Assembly (NCBI GenBank): GCA_030620375.1
Contig: JAUXEW010000002.1
Span: 1 to 34,196 of the forward strand
Length of the DNA stretch: 34,196 bases
Direction: 5' to 3'
Source of the DNA: Desulfobacteraceae bacterium
GTDB lineage: Bacteria > Desulfobacterota > Desulfobacteria > Desulfobacterales > UBA5616
A program made the position numbers and the translations under genes. This document shows positions 1 to 8,293 of this stretch, piece by piece; position 1 is the stretch's first letter, and each line of letters begins with the position of its first letter. A model generated the notes under the pieces. It was not told the DNA's origin. It saw only the letters and a program-made list of their open reading frames with translations, and searched no databases.

Positions 1-1
1 C

Positions 2-544
2 AAGCGCGTAGCTGCCGGATTTCAACTGGCAAATAGCGGCAACGGAAAACGTCTTCTGATTTCTCCGGCAAAGCCGGAAACGCTTGAAAACTATCGAAAA
101 CAATACGGCCTGGTTCAAAACGCTTCTTTTATTGTTGAGGACAAAGCCCGCAGTACCTTTGAAAATGCCTTTCACGTGGCACGGATTGTCAGACAAAGAG
201 AAATTAAGCGTATCGTCCTGGTAACCGAAGCCTACCACATGCCGCGTTCGTACCTGCTGCTTAAAATGACCCTTTTCGGATCACCGGCCAGGGTATCGTT
301 TTACAAGGTGTCCACGGCCGGCATTTCCGGACAAACACTTCCGGCATCGCTTGCCGCCAAACTGATGTATAACGAAATGGTCAAAATGTGGGGCAGCCTT
401 GGCGAAATGATGATCTGCAAACTGAAAGGAAAGCCGGCGGTAACCGGGATGAAACAATCATGGGTTATCAATTTTTTAAAAGACATACTCTTGTTTGATG
501 TCAGTAGGGAAATGAAGGATTTAAGAAGTGATAAGAAGTATTAA
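2..544 (+). CDS. DUF218 (YdcF/SanA/ElyC-like) domain protein, 5'-truncated by the window edge
   Basis: Frame 2 is open from the window edge, so the listed 176..544 ORF starts at an internal GTG. The translation ...DKARSTFENAFHVARIV..IKRIVLVTEAYHMPRSYLLL fits the DUF218 pattern (T-x-E-N-A ... LVT-x-x-x-H-M-x-R). Confidence 0.7.
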   Translation, partial: KRVAAGFQLANSGNGKRLLISPAKPETLENYRKQYGLVQNASFIVEDKARSTFENAFHVARIVRQREIKRIVLVTEAYHMPRSYLLLKMTLFGSPARVSFYKVSTAGISGQTLPASLAAKLMYNEMVKMWGSLGEMMICKLKGKPAVTGMKQSWVINFLKDILLFDVSREMKDLRSDKKY

Positions 545-703
545 GTTTTAAGATTTAAGTGTTAAGTGGGGTTGAGCGAATATGGGGTATCGGTCGTTTG
601 AAAATTTTGAAGTTTGGAATACAAAGAAAATATTGAACCGCAAAGGCGCGAAGGGCGCAAAGGGTTTTTTTATGGTTCATCACAATAAAGCGTACTCGAA
701 TTA

Positions 704-910
704 TTGCGGAGGATACTGAATTGCATATCACCACGAAGCACACGAAGGACACGAAGAATAGAATTTTATGAATTATTTAAACGAGTTATTGGATGTGTGA
801 TCGAGGTGCATCGTATTCTCGGCCCTGGTTTGCTCGAATCGACCTATGAACAATGCCTGGCACATGAGCTGAATCAGGCTGGTATATCGTTCAAATTTCA
901 ACATCCATAG
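704..910 (+). pseudogene. Truncated GxxExxY (PD-(D/E)XK_3 family) gene remnant
   Basis: The 68-aa ORF contains ...VIGCVIEVHRILGPGLLESTYEQCLAHELNQAGISFKFQHP*, the N-terminal half of the GxxExxY family (motif G-L-L-E-S-T-Y). It stops about halfway through the usual ~125-aa length. The N-terminal STRRTRR looks like a frameshifted TKHTKDTK-type leader. Confidence 0.6.
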
Positions 911-973
911 GAAAGGACTTAAGCGTTTCGTAATATGATTATTGTCTTCGTGCTCTTCGTGTGCTTCGTGGTG
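729..973. repeat. 29-bp imperfect inverted repeat (27/29) bracketing the GxxExxY remnant
   Basis: The left arm at 729-757 is caccacgaagcacacgaaggacacgaaga. The reverse complement of the right arm at 945-973 is caccacgaagcacacgaagagcacgaaga, differing only by one adjacent ga/ag swap. Confidence 0.7.
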
Positions 974-1070
974 ATTGCAAGAGGCGGGTAAAAAAGAGGG
1001 AAAAAGAATAAGATAAAAGTATGCTTCACTGAGAAGAACCTTAATAATACTGTCTTTATCAGGCATTGCC

Positions 1071-1469
1071 ATGAATAGCATAAAAGTGATTTTGGTTGAT
1101 GACGAACAAGAATTTGTTACGACGCTCTCAGAGCGAATACAGATGAGAAATATAGGCACCCACATCGCATTTAGTGGAGAGCAGGCATTAGAAATGGTAA
1201 AAAACTTCTCTTTTGATGCCATGGTTTTGGATCTTAATATGCCGGGGATGGACGGGTTAGCGGTATTAAAAAGCGTCAAAAAAATTCATCCGGAAATACA
1301 AGTTATCATTCTAACAGGCCACGGTTCAGAGGCGGATCAAAAATTAACGCTTAGTTCCGGTGCTTTTGCTTACCTGCAAAAACCGGTTGAATTGGATACA
1401 CTTATTCATCATATTAAAAACGCATATTTTAAAAAAACTCCCTATTACACCGGCATCATTAATGAGTAA
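1071..1469 (+). CDS. Stand-alone CheY-like response regulator receiver (REC) protein
   Basis: ILVDDEQE..., phospho-acceptor context DAMVLDLNMPGMDG, IILTGHGS and YLQKP are all present. There is no output domain. Confidence 0.88.
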   Translation: MNSIKVILVDDEQEFVTTLSERIQMRNIGTHIAFSGEQALEMVKNFSFDAMVLDLNMPGMDGLAVLKSVKKIHPEIQVIILTGHGSEADQKLTLSSGAFAYLQKPVELDTLIHHIKNAYFKKTPYYTGIINE

Positions 1470-1480
1470 GGAGGATTAAA

Positions 1481-2047
1481 ATGCAGTCAAAAATCATTAA
1501 AGATCTGATGGTTCCCCTTTCCGAATATGTTACGGTATCAGAAGAAGCCACTCTCTATGAGGCGGTACTGGCTCTAAAAAAGGCTCAACAAGAATTTGAC
1601 CGGACCCGGGATCGTCACCGCGCGATTCTGGTTTATGACAGGAGTAACCATATTGTCGGAAAGGTCAGCCAACTCGATATCTTAAGAGCATTGGAACCGA
1701 AATATGAGGAAATGGGAGATTCTAATCCATTATCCCGAATTGGGTTATCCCGTTTCGGTTTTAGCCCGAAATTTATGAAGAACATCATTACTCAGTTCAA
1801 TCTTTGGGATAAATCAGTGGAAGAAAGTTGTAGAATAGCCTCCAAACTGAGGGTTAAAGATATCATGTATACACCGACTGCGGGCGAATATGTTAAAGAT
1901 ACCGCCACGTTGTCATTAGCGATACACCAGTTGCTGTTGGGTCATCACCAATCCTTGCTCGTAACCGGCAAGGAAGACATTGTCGGTATTTTAAGACTTA
2001 CAGATGTATTTCAGGAAATTAGCCAAACATTTGAAGATTTAGAATAA
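1481..2047 (+). CDS. CBS domain pair protein
   Basis: Two CBS-like modules: IKDLMVP..VTVSEEATLYEAVLALKK...IVGKVSQLDILRAL and VKDIMYTP...VTGKEDIVGILRLTDVFQEI. The gene lies 11 nt downstream of the REC gene behind an AGGAGG RBS. Confidence 0.8.
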   Translation: MQSKIIKDLMVPLSEYVTVSEEATLYEAVLALKKAQQEFDRTRDRHRAILVYDRSNHIVGKVSQLDILRALEPKYEEMGDSNPLSRIGLSRFGFSPKFMKNIITQFNLWDKSVEESCRIASKLRVKDIMYTPTAGEYVKDTATLSLAIHQLLLGHHQSLLVTGKEDIVGILRLTDVFQEISQTFEDLE

Positions 2048-2175
2048 AAAACGCCAGGCGTCACTTAAGACAATCCCATGATATTCCCGTTTTATAGAGA
2101 GGTGCATCAGGTTGTTGCCACGCTGAAAATATATCGGCGTTGAGTTGATAAGTTTAAAATGGAGGATAAAAATCA

Positions 2176-3678
2176 ATGGATGGTACGGTTGAATCTGCAG
2201 CGGGAGAAAGGAGTTTCGACTGGAAGCGATATCTGTTTTTAACCATCGGCATACTGTTGTTTATTGTCGTGTATTATGCCCCTCCGTGGCCGGATGCAGT
2301 GGATCCCCTGGGAAAGCATTTTGCACTCAGCAGAGAAGCAAAGGGCGCATTGGCCGTATTTCTGTTAGCCGGTACCTGGTGGGTATTTGAGGTGCTCCCC
2401 ATTGGTGTGACCAGCCTTGCCATTGGTGCTCTCCAGGCCCTGTTTTTGATTCGCCCGGCCAAAGTGGCGTTCGGGGATTTTATGGATCCTTCCGTTATGT
2501 TCATCTTTGCTTCGTTGATGATCGGAATGGTTTTTACCAAAACCGGCCTCACCAAGCGACTGGCGTATAGGATGCTGATGATTGTCGGAGAGAAAACCAG
2601 CATGATTTACCTGGGCTGCTTTCTCGTTACGGCTGCGTTAACCCACCTTATGGCCCATACAGCGGTTGCTGCAACCATCTATCCTTTGCTGCTCTCCATT
2701 TATGCCCTTTACGGTGAAGGAGATAAACAGACAAGATTCGGTAAAGGCCTCTTTATGGGTATGGCTTACGTTGCCGGTGCCGGGAGCATCGTAACGCTTT
2801 TAGGAGCGGCACGGGGAGCGGTCGCCCTTGGTTTTTACAATGATATTTTGGCGGAAGGCATCAAAACCGGACTTTACCAGGATATATCATTTGTTAGATT
2901 AAGCTATTACATGTTCCCCATCGGCTGGGGCATGACCCTTTTGCTGTGGGGCTTTTTTATGATTTTTTTCAAACCGGAAAAAAAGGTTATCCCCGGCCTA
3001 AGGGAAAAAGCGACGCAATTAAATAATCAGCTGGGCCCCTTGACCCGTCAAGAAATCATCGCCGCTATCATTGTGTTCGCCTGTATCTTGACCATGTCGC
3101 TGCGGGAATTTATCCCTGCGCTGAAACCGATTGATAAGACGGCCATTATTTTAATTTCAACCCTGTTGTTCTTTATTACCGGAATTATGGATCTTGATGA
3201 CCTGGAAGCGATTCCATGGAACATCATCCTGCTCTTTGCCGGTGCCATGAGCATTGGATTCTGCCTTTGGGAAACCGGTGCCGCCAAATGGCTCGCTGTA
3301 AACTGGTTGGCGATGTTTGAAAATTCTCCCGGACGTGTCTTTATAATGAGCATCGCGTTTTTTGTCCTGATCATGACCAACTTTATCATGAATGTGGCTG
3401 CAATTGCGATTTCGCTACCCGTAGCCTTGGTTATCGCGCCGTATCTCAATGTGGCACCGGAGGTGATCTTGTTTGCATCCCTGGTAGCCGCCGGCATGCC
3501 GTTCTTGTTGTTGGTAGGCGCCGCCCCCAATGCCATTGCCTACGATTCCAAGCAGTTTTCCACAGGCGAATTTTTCCTGTACGGCATCCCGGCCAGCATT
3601 CTGCTGATGGTGGTTATTGCGATTGCGGTCTGGATTATTTGGCCCTTCATGGGAATGCCCGTGATGACGGCAGGTTAA
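2176..3678 (+). CDS. SLC13/DASS-superfamily (ArsB/NhaD permease fold) anion transporter
   Basis: 500-aa polytopic membrane protein with a two-fold repeat architecture and a GAAPNAIAY hairpin-tip-like motif. A GGAGG RBS lies 9 nt upstream of the ATG. Confidence 0.75.
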   Translation: MDGTVESAAGERSFDWKRYLFLTIGILLFIVVYYAPPWPDAVDPLGKHFALSREAKGALAVFLLAGTWWVFEVLPIGVTSLAIGALQALFLIRPAKVAFGDFMDPSVMFIFASLMIGMVFTKTGLTKRLAYRMLMIVGEKTSMIYLGCFLVTAALTHLMAHTAVAATIYPLLLSIYALYGEGDKQTRFGKGLFMGMAYVAGAGSIVTLLGAARGAVALGFYNDILAEGIKTGLYQDISFVRLSYYMFPIGWGMTLLLWGFFMIFFKPEKKVIPGLREKATQLNNQLGPLTRQEIIAAIIVFACILTMSLREFIPALKPIDKTAIILISTLLFFITGIMDLDDLEAIPWNIILLFAGAMSIGFCLWETGAAKWLAVNWLAMFENSPGRVFIMSIAFFVLIMTNFIMNVAAIAISLPVALVIAPYLNVAPEVILFASLVAAGMPFLLLVGAAPNAIAYDSKQFSTGEFFLYGIPASILLMVVIAIAVWIIWPFMGMPVMTAG

Positions 3679-3718
3679 GACAAAAGTTGTTTAACTATTA
3701 ATGATAAGGACCCATCTT

Positions 3719-4342
3719 ATGATCCATGAAAACGCGGTTACCGATTTTTGCAGCAAGGCATATATGCCTGAAATTGACGCTTCGGCCTTTATTCATCCCC
3801 TTGCCGCGGCCATCGGGCATATTTATATCGGAAAAAGGGTAATGGTCGCCCCTTTTGCATCTTTACGCGGAGATGAAGGACATCCGATATTTGTGGGTGA
3901 CGATGCCAATGTTCAAGACGGCGTTATCATCCATGCATTAGAAACCGAACATAACGGCCATCCCGTATCTGCGAATGTCGTGGAAATTGACGGGAAGCCC
4001 TATTCCGTTCATATAGGGAAACGGGTTTCCCTGGCCCATCAGGTTCAGATTCACGGTCCTGCCAGTATTGGAGACGATACCTTTGTGGGAATGAAAGCGC
4101 TTGTTTTCAGGGCACACGTGGATAGCAACTGTGTAATCGAACCCGGATGTATCTTAATGGGGGTCACGGTAAAAAAAGGGCGTTATATCCCTGCCGGAAC
4201 TGTTTTAAAAGACCAAAAACAGGCTGACAACCTGCCGAAAATTTCGGCCCAATATCCGCTCAAGGACTTGAATAAAGGGGTCGTTCATGTCAATACCGCC
4301 CTGGCCGACGGATATAAAAAGATAGGTAAATCGATTAGATAA
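3719..4342 (+). CDS. cam: Gamma-class carbonic anhydrase, Cam type (left-handed beta-helix)
   Basis: Near-colinear resemblance (from memory) to Methanosarcina thermophila Cam: SLRGDEGHPIFVGDDANVQDGVIIHALETEHNG...VSLAHQVQIHGPASIGDDTFVGM...GRYIPAGTV. The three Zn histidines and the acidic-loop Glu residues appear conserved. I chose the ATG at 3719 (AAGGA RBS 8 nt upstream); the longest ORF starts at 3701. Confidence 0.82.
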   Translation: MIHENAVTDFCSKAYMPEIDASAFIHPLAAAIGHIYIGKRVMVAPFASLRGDEGHPIFVGDDANVQDGVIIHALETEHNGHPVSANVVEIDGKPYSVHIGKRVSLAHQVQIHGPASIGDDTFVGMKALVFRAHVDSNCVIEPGCILMGVTVKKGRYIPAGTVLKDQKQADNLPKISAQYPLKDLNKGVVHVNTALADGYKKIGKSIR

Positions 4343-4346
4343 TGCC

Positions 4347-5813
4347 ATGTGGTTGCGCCCAAATCTTCGTCATCGGATTTATTTAATTTTAACCGCCATT
4401 GTCCTGGTCACCCTGTCGGGTGGTCTCTTCATGGTGTGGTACACTTATCAGATGGAGGACATCCTAACCTCCATCACCGACCATCATCTGGCCGCCTTTC
4501 AAACCGCGGAATCGCTGGAAACCGCGCTTATGAATCAAAAGGGATTCGTTTCTTATTACTTTTTAGATGGGGATACCGAATGGCTCAGACAGTTGGGGAT
4601 ATATCGTCAAATCTTTAATGAACGACTCAAAAAGGCACACGACCTTGCGAGTACCGAACAAGAGCGGCAAGCCATTTTACAAATTGAAACCGAATATCGA
4701 CAATACATTGATGGCAAAGACCGGGTTATTGATTTCCATAAAACCGGTAATCAACCGGCCAGCGAGAAGCTCCATCAATCCGTCCGTAAACATTTCTTTA
4801 GAATTCTCGACCTGTGTGAACACTACAAATCGATTTACGCTGAAAACATTAAAAATGCAAAAAAAAGCAGCCATGAGCGAGCCAGGGAATCCCGGTTTAT
4901 CGCCTGGACAGCCATTATCATCGAAATCTGCCTGGCGGTTTTACTTGCTTTCCTGCTGGCCAACCATATTTTAGGGCCGATCCGGCAGTTGACCCTGGAA
5001 GCCAATCGGGAAGGGAAGAATGCACAAACAAACAACGAGATCAAGGCATTGAGTAGAAGTGTGTACGGGTTGATTGAAAACGCCGACCAGGCCCAATCCG
5101 AACTTATTAAAAGCCGCGAACATTTGCTTCAGGCTGAAAAGCTGGCCCTTGTGGGAAAACTCGCCGCCGGCATGGCCCATAGCATCCGCAATCCATTTAC
5201 ATCGGTAAAGATGCGACTCTTTTCGCTAGGCCGATCGCTTGAACTATCCGATTACCAAAAAGAAGATTTTGACGTAATCTCTGAAGAAATCCGACACATC
5301 GACACCGTTGTGCAAAATTTTCTTGAATTCTCCAGGCCGCCGAAACTTAAAATGCAGCGTATCAGCCCCTCTACGGTTGTGGACCTGTCAATCCAGCTGT
5401 TGGAGCACCGGCTGAAATCCTATGACGTGACCGTAAAGGTTGTTCGCAAAAAGCCATTGCCGATGATTCAGGCTGACCCCGAACAATTAAAGGAGGTTTT
5501 GGTAAACCTGGTGGTCAATGCCTGTGAGGCCATGGAAAAAGGGGGATTGATCGTTATCCAAGAGGAAATTACCAGGACCGATACCGGAAAAAACGCAGTC
5601 GTCATTCGAGTAAGGGACAATGGCCCGGGAATACCCGAATCGACGCTAGATAAAATTCTCCACCCTTTTTTTACCACCAAAGAAGAAGGGACCGGTCTTG
5701 GTCTAAGTATTGCCGCAAGAATTGTTGAAGAACACAACGGAACCTTAGATGCGACATCAAGAGAAGGTGGAGGTGCAACATTTATCATCACTCTCCCGAT
5801 AAAGGGGTCATAA
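4347..5813 (+). CDS. Membrane sensor histidine kinase (two TM segments flanking a helical periplasmic sensor; HisKA + HATPase_c)
   Basis: H-box LAAGMAHSIRNPFTSV, N-box LVNLVVNACEAM, and G-boxes RDNGPGIP / GTGLGLSIA. TM segments are IYLILTAIVLVTLSGGLFMVW and FIAWTAIIIEICLAVLLAFLLA. Confidence 0.9.
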   Translation: MWLRPNLRHRIYLILTAIVLVTLSGGLFMVWYTYQMEDILTSITDHHLAAFQTAESLETALMNQKGFVSYYFLDGDTEWLRQLGIYRQIFNERLKKAHDLASTEQERQAILQIETEYRQYIDGKDRVIDFHKTGNQPASEKLHQSVRKHFFRILDLCEHYKSIYAENIKNAKKSSHERARESRFIAWTAIIIEICLAVLLAFLLANHILGPIRQLTLEANREGKNAQTNNEIKALSRSVYGLIENADQAQSELIKSREHLLQAEKLALVGKLAAGMAHSIRNPFTSVKMRLFSLGRSLELSDYQKEDFDVISEEIRHIDTVVQNFLEFSRPPKLKMQRISPSTVVDLSIQLLEHRLKSYDVTVKVVRKKPLPMIQADPEQLKEVLVNLVVNACEAMEKGGLIVIQEEITRTDTGKNAVVIRVRDNGPGIPESTLDKILHPFFTTKEEGTGLGLSIAARIVEEHNGTLDATSREGGGATFIITLPIKGS

Positions 5814-5814
5814 A

Positions 5815-7248
5815 ATGAGTAAGGTTTTGGTTATAGACGATGATGACCAGTTGCGAAAAAGCTTTAACAAACTCTTAACCGAAGAAGGTTACCAGGTTTA
5901 CAGTGCTGCATCGGGAGAAGCCGGTTTGGATATCATCCGAAATCAAATCCCTGACTTGGTGATTCTGGATATGCGGCTGCCGGGAATGAACGGATTTGAA
6001 ACCTTTAAAGAAATAAATCAAACCGAACCCAAACTTCCTGTAATTATCATGACCGCTTACAGCACGACGGAAACCGCTATTGAAGCCACAAAGCTCGGTG
6101 CATTTGATTATATCCTCAAGCCCTTTGATATCCCCGACATGCTGGCAGTAATTAAACAAGCCATAGAAGCGGGACGATTTATGAGATCACCGGTGGATAT
6201 GGACATCGAACCGGATAAAGCCTCCCGGGAAGCCATCATCGGCCGGAGCATTCCCATGCAGGAAGTTTATAAGTCCATCGGTCGTGTATCCTCAACAGAC
6301 GCTACGGTCCTTATTCGAGGGGACTCCGGAACAGGCAAAGAGTTGGCTGCCCGGGCCATATATCAACACAGTCTCAGGGCGGACAAACCGTTTTTGGTGA
6401 TTAACTGCGTGGCAATTCCTGAATCCCTTCTTGAAAGTGAGTTGTTTGGTTATGAAAAGGGCGCCTTTACCGGCGCAGCGCATCGAAGAGTGGGGAAACT
6501 TGAACAGGCTGACGGTGGAACCATTTTTCTGGACGAAATCGGTGACATGCAGTTTAGTTTACAGGCTAAAATGTTAAGATTACTTCAAGAAAAAAGTATT
6601 GAACGTATCGGCGGTCGCGAAACAATTCCAGTGGATGTCCGGATCATAGCAGCGACTAATAGAAACCTTGAAGCCGCCATTGAAAACGGACGTTTCCGTG
6701 AGGATCTTTATTACCGGTTAAAAGTGGTTACGATTTGGCTGCCGCCGCTGAATGAGCGGGCAGACGATATTCCCCTGTTAACCCGATATTTCCTCTCCCG
6801 ATATTCATCGGAATTGGGTATGGACAATCCGGGAATTACCATGGAAGCTCAAGCTATTCTCAACAATTATCTCTGGCCGGGCAATGTTCGAGAGCTGGCC
6901 AACACGGTTCATAAAGCGGTAATCTTTAACCGGGGCGCTCCCGTCAGCCAAGACGATATTCGACAGGCGATTACTGAAAAGGGTGTTGGAAACGGGGTGT
7001 CAAGAGAATCTCATGACGAAACATTTCGGAAGCTGATACAACATGAATTAACGATCCACAATGGGAAAACAAACCTGTTTGATACCTGTATGGACCGTAT
7101 CGCCAGTATTATTATTAGTGAGGCGCTGAATCTAACCGACGGTAATCGATCAAAAGCAGCACAAATTCTCGGCCTTTCCAGACCCACACTACATTCTAAA
7201 ATTGAAAAATTTAACCTAAAATTTGAAACATCGGTTAAAAAAAAATAA
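5815..7248 (+). CDS. Sigma-54-dependent response regulator (NtrC family: REC + AAA+ + Fis-type HTH)
   Basis: REC DLVILDMRLPGMNG, Walker A GDSGTGKE, sigma-54 contact loop GAFTGA, Walker B GGTIFLDEIG, and C-terminal HTH NRSKAAQILGLSRPTLHSKI. It starts 2 nt after the kinase stop. Confidence 0.95.
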   Translation: MSKVLVIDDDDQLRKSFNKLLTEEGYQVYSAASGEAGLDIIRNQIPDLVILDMRLPGMNGFETFKEINQTEPKLPVIIMTAYSTTETAIEATKLGAFDYILKPFDIPDMLAVIKQAIEAGRFMRSPVDMDIEPDKASREAIIGRSIPMQEVYKSIGRVSSTDATVLIRGDSGTGKELAARAIYQHSLRADKPFLVINCVAIPESLLESELFGYEKGAFTGAAHRRVGKLEQADGGTIFLDEIGDMQFSLQAKMLRLLQEKSIERIGGRETIPVDVRIIAATNRNLEAAIENGRFREDLYYRLKVVTIWLPPLNERADDIPLLTRYFLSRYSSELGMDNPGITMEAQAILNNYLWPGNVRELANTVHKAVIFNRGAPVSQDDIRQAITEKGVGNGVSRESHDETFRKLIQHELTIHNGKTNLFDTCMDRIASIIISEALNLTDGNRSKAAQILGLSRPTLHSKIEKFNLKFETSVKKK

Positions 7249-7294
7249 GCATTCCCGCTTAAACCGGAGCTGATTGTTGAAAACCCGTTCGGTT

Positions 7295-7315
7295 TTGACG
7301 GTCTCGTAAAAAGTC
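7295..7315 (+). repeat. Solo copy of the TTGAC-N-GTCTCGTAAAAAGTC repeat arm
   Basis: ttgacggtctcgtaaaaagtc matches the terminal arms of the element at 21422-21546 and the copy at 27509-27530. Confidence 0.6.
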
Positions 7316-7509
7316 GGCCTTTATTGATCGACTAGTTAAACAATAAATAGTATAATAGTACGTTCCAGGCAAACCGGGATGCCGTTTGATCGCACCAGAG
7401 CTTTTTCAGCCAATTACAAAAATGACATATGCTAAAGGGAAACGGTGAAAATGGGTGGATTTTATCATCTATTCGAACTTGAGACCCTTAAAAAGGCGGA
7501 GGTGTAACC

Positions 7510-8187
7510 ATGTTAGTTAAGGATTGGATGAGTAGAACCGTCATTACCATTGATGCAAATGATTCCATGCAGGATGCCATGAAATTGTTAAAAGACCATG
7601 AAATCCGAATGCTGCCGGTTTTAGAAAACGGAAAGCTGGTGGGAATCGTTACCGATCGGGATCTCAAAAGAGCATCAGCATCAGATGCAACAACGCTGGA
7701 AATTCATGAACTCCTCTATCTGCTTTCCAATATCAAAGTTAAAGAAATCATGACCCAAAATCCGATTACCGTGCCTATCGACCACACGGTTGAAGAAACC
7801 GCCCAAATCCTTTTAAAAAATGAAATCTCAGGAGTTCCCGTTCTGGGTCATGACGGCGCCATTGCGGGAACCATTACACAAGCCGATCTATTCAGGGTCA
7901 TCATTTCCTTAACGGGTGTAGATCAAAAAGGAATCCAACTCGCCCTTCAAATTGAAGACACTCCGGGCTCTATTAGCGAGTCAATTAATATTATACGAAA
8001 ATATGGGGGGCGGATCATGAGCATTTTAAGCTCGAATGAGCATGCACGGGAAGGGTGCCGACGAATTTATATCCGAACGTATGACATTGATCGGCAAAAA
8101 CTAGAAGCCCTCAAAAATGCATTGAGGGAAAAAGCAACACTTCTTTACCTGGTTGATCACCGTGAAAGCAATCGAATAATTTATTAA
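7510..8187 (+). CDS. CBS pair + C-terminal ACT-like domain protein (AcuB-like)
   Basis: VKDWMSRTVITID...LPVLENGKLVGIVTDRDL and VKEIMTQNPITV...GVPVLGHDGAIAGTITQADLF form the CBS pair. A C-terminal ~80-aa ACT-like segment follows. A GGAGG RBS is present. Confidence 0.78.
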   Translation: MLVKDWMSRTVITIDANDSMQDAMKLLKDHEIRMLPVLENGKLVGIVTDRDLKRASASDATTLEIHELLYLLSNIKVKEIMTQNPITVPIDHTVEETAQILLKNEISGVPVLGHDGAIAGTITQADLFRVIISLTGVDQKGIQLALQIEDTPGSISESINIIRKYGGRIMSILSSNEHAREGCRRIYIRTYDIDRQKLEALKNALREKATLLYLVDHRESNRIIY

Positions 8188-8211
8188 CCCTCTTTACTTT
8201 TGAACAAACTT

Positions 8212-8229
8212 TACCCGCAAAAACGGGTA
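8212..8229 (+). terminator. Weak hairpin downstream of the CBS-ACT gene
   Basis: TACCCG-caaaaa-CGGGTA, a 6-bp stem, lies 25 nt after the stop. A T-rich tract follows only after gccatg. Confidence 0.25.
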
Positions 8230-8293
8230 GCCATGTTTTACACAACCATACGGTTGACGGTTATTACTATTGGCTTGGGGAGATTAATATAAA

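Noticed and set aside
541-570. TTAAG-rich stretch (ttaagttttaagatttaagtgttaag)
   Set aside because: It is a short, irregularly spaced low-complexity run right after a stop codon. It is too short and degenerate to call a tandem repeat or binding array.
773-1279. 168-aa minus-strand ORF
   Set aside because: It runs antisense across the REC gene start and the GxxExxY remnant. It has low-complexity HEAHEEHED stretches derived from the repeat, no RBS and no recognisable family.
2274-3536. Minus-strand ORFs 2274..2603 and 3048..3536 (109 and 162 aa)
   Set aside because: They are fully antisense to the well-supported transporter CDS. The Ala/Arg/Ser-rich translations are typical of shadow ORFs.
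4349-5180. Out-of-frame and antisense ORFs inside the histidine kinase gene (4349..4618, 4567..4974, 4677..4874, 4835..5044, 4971..5180)
   Set aside because: They are nested in a CDS with clear HK motifs and have no independent signals.
7351-7356. Perfect TATAAT hexamer in the 7249-7509 spacer
   Set aside because: No acceptable -35 lies at 16-18 nt and there is no TG extension. In an AT-rich spacer a lone hexamer is weak evidence.
7367-7382. Sigma-54-like AGGCAAACCGGGATGC upstream of the CBS-ACT gene
   Set aside because: The GG-to-GC spacing is 11 nt rather than 10, and the flanks do not match TGGCAC / TTGC. A similar near-miss at 27350-27365 (TGGCATGCAACGACGC) has the same spacing problem.
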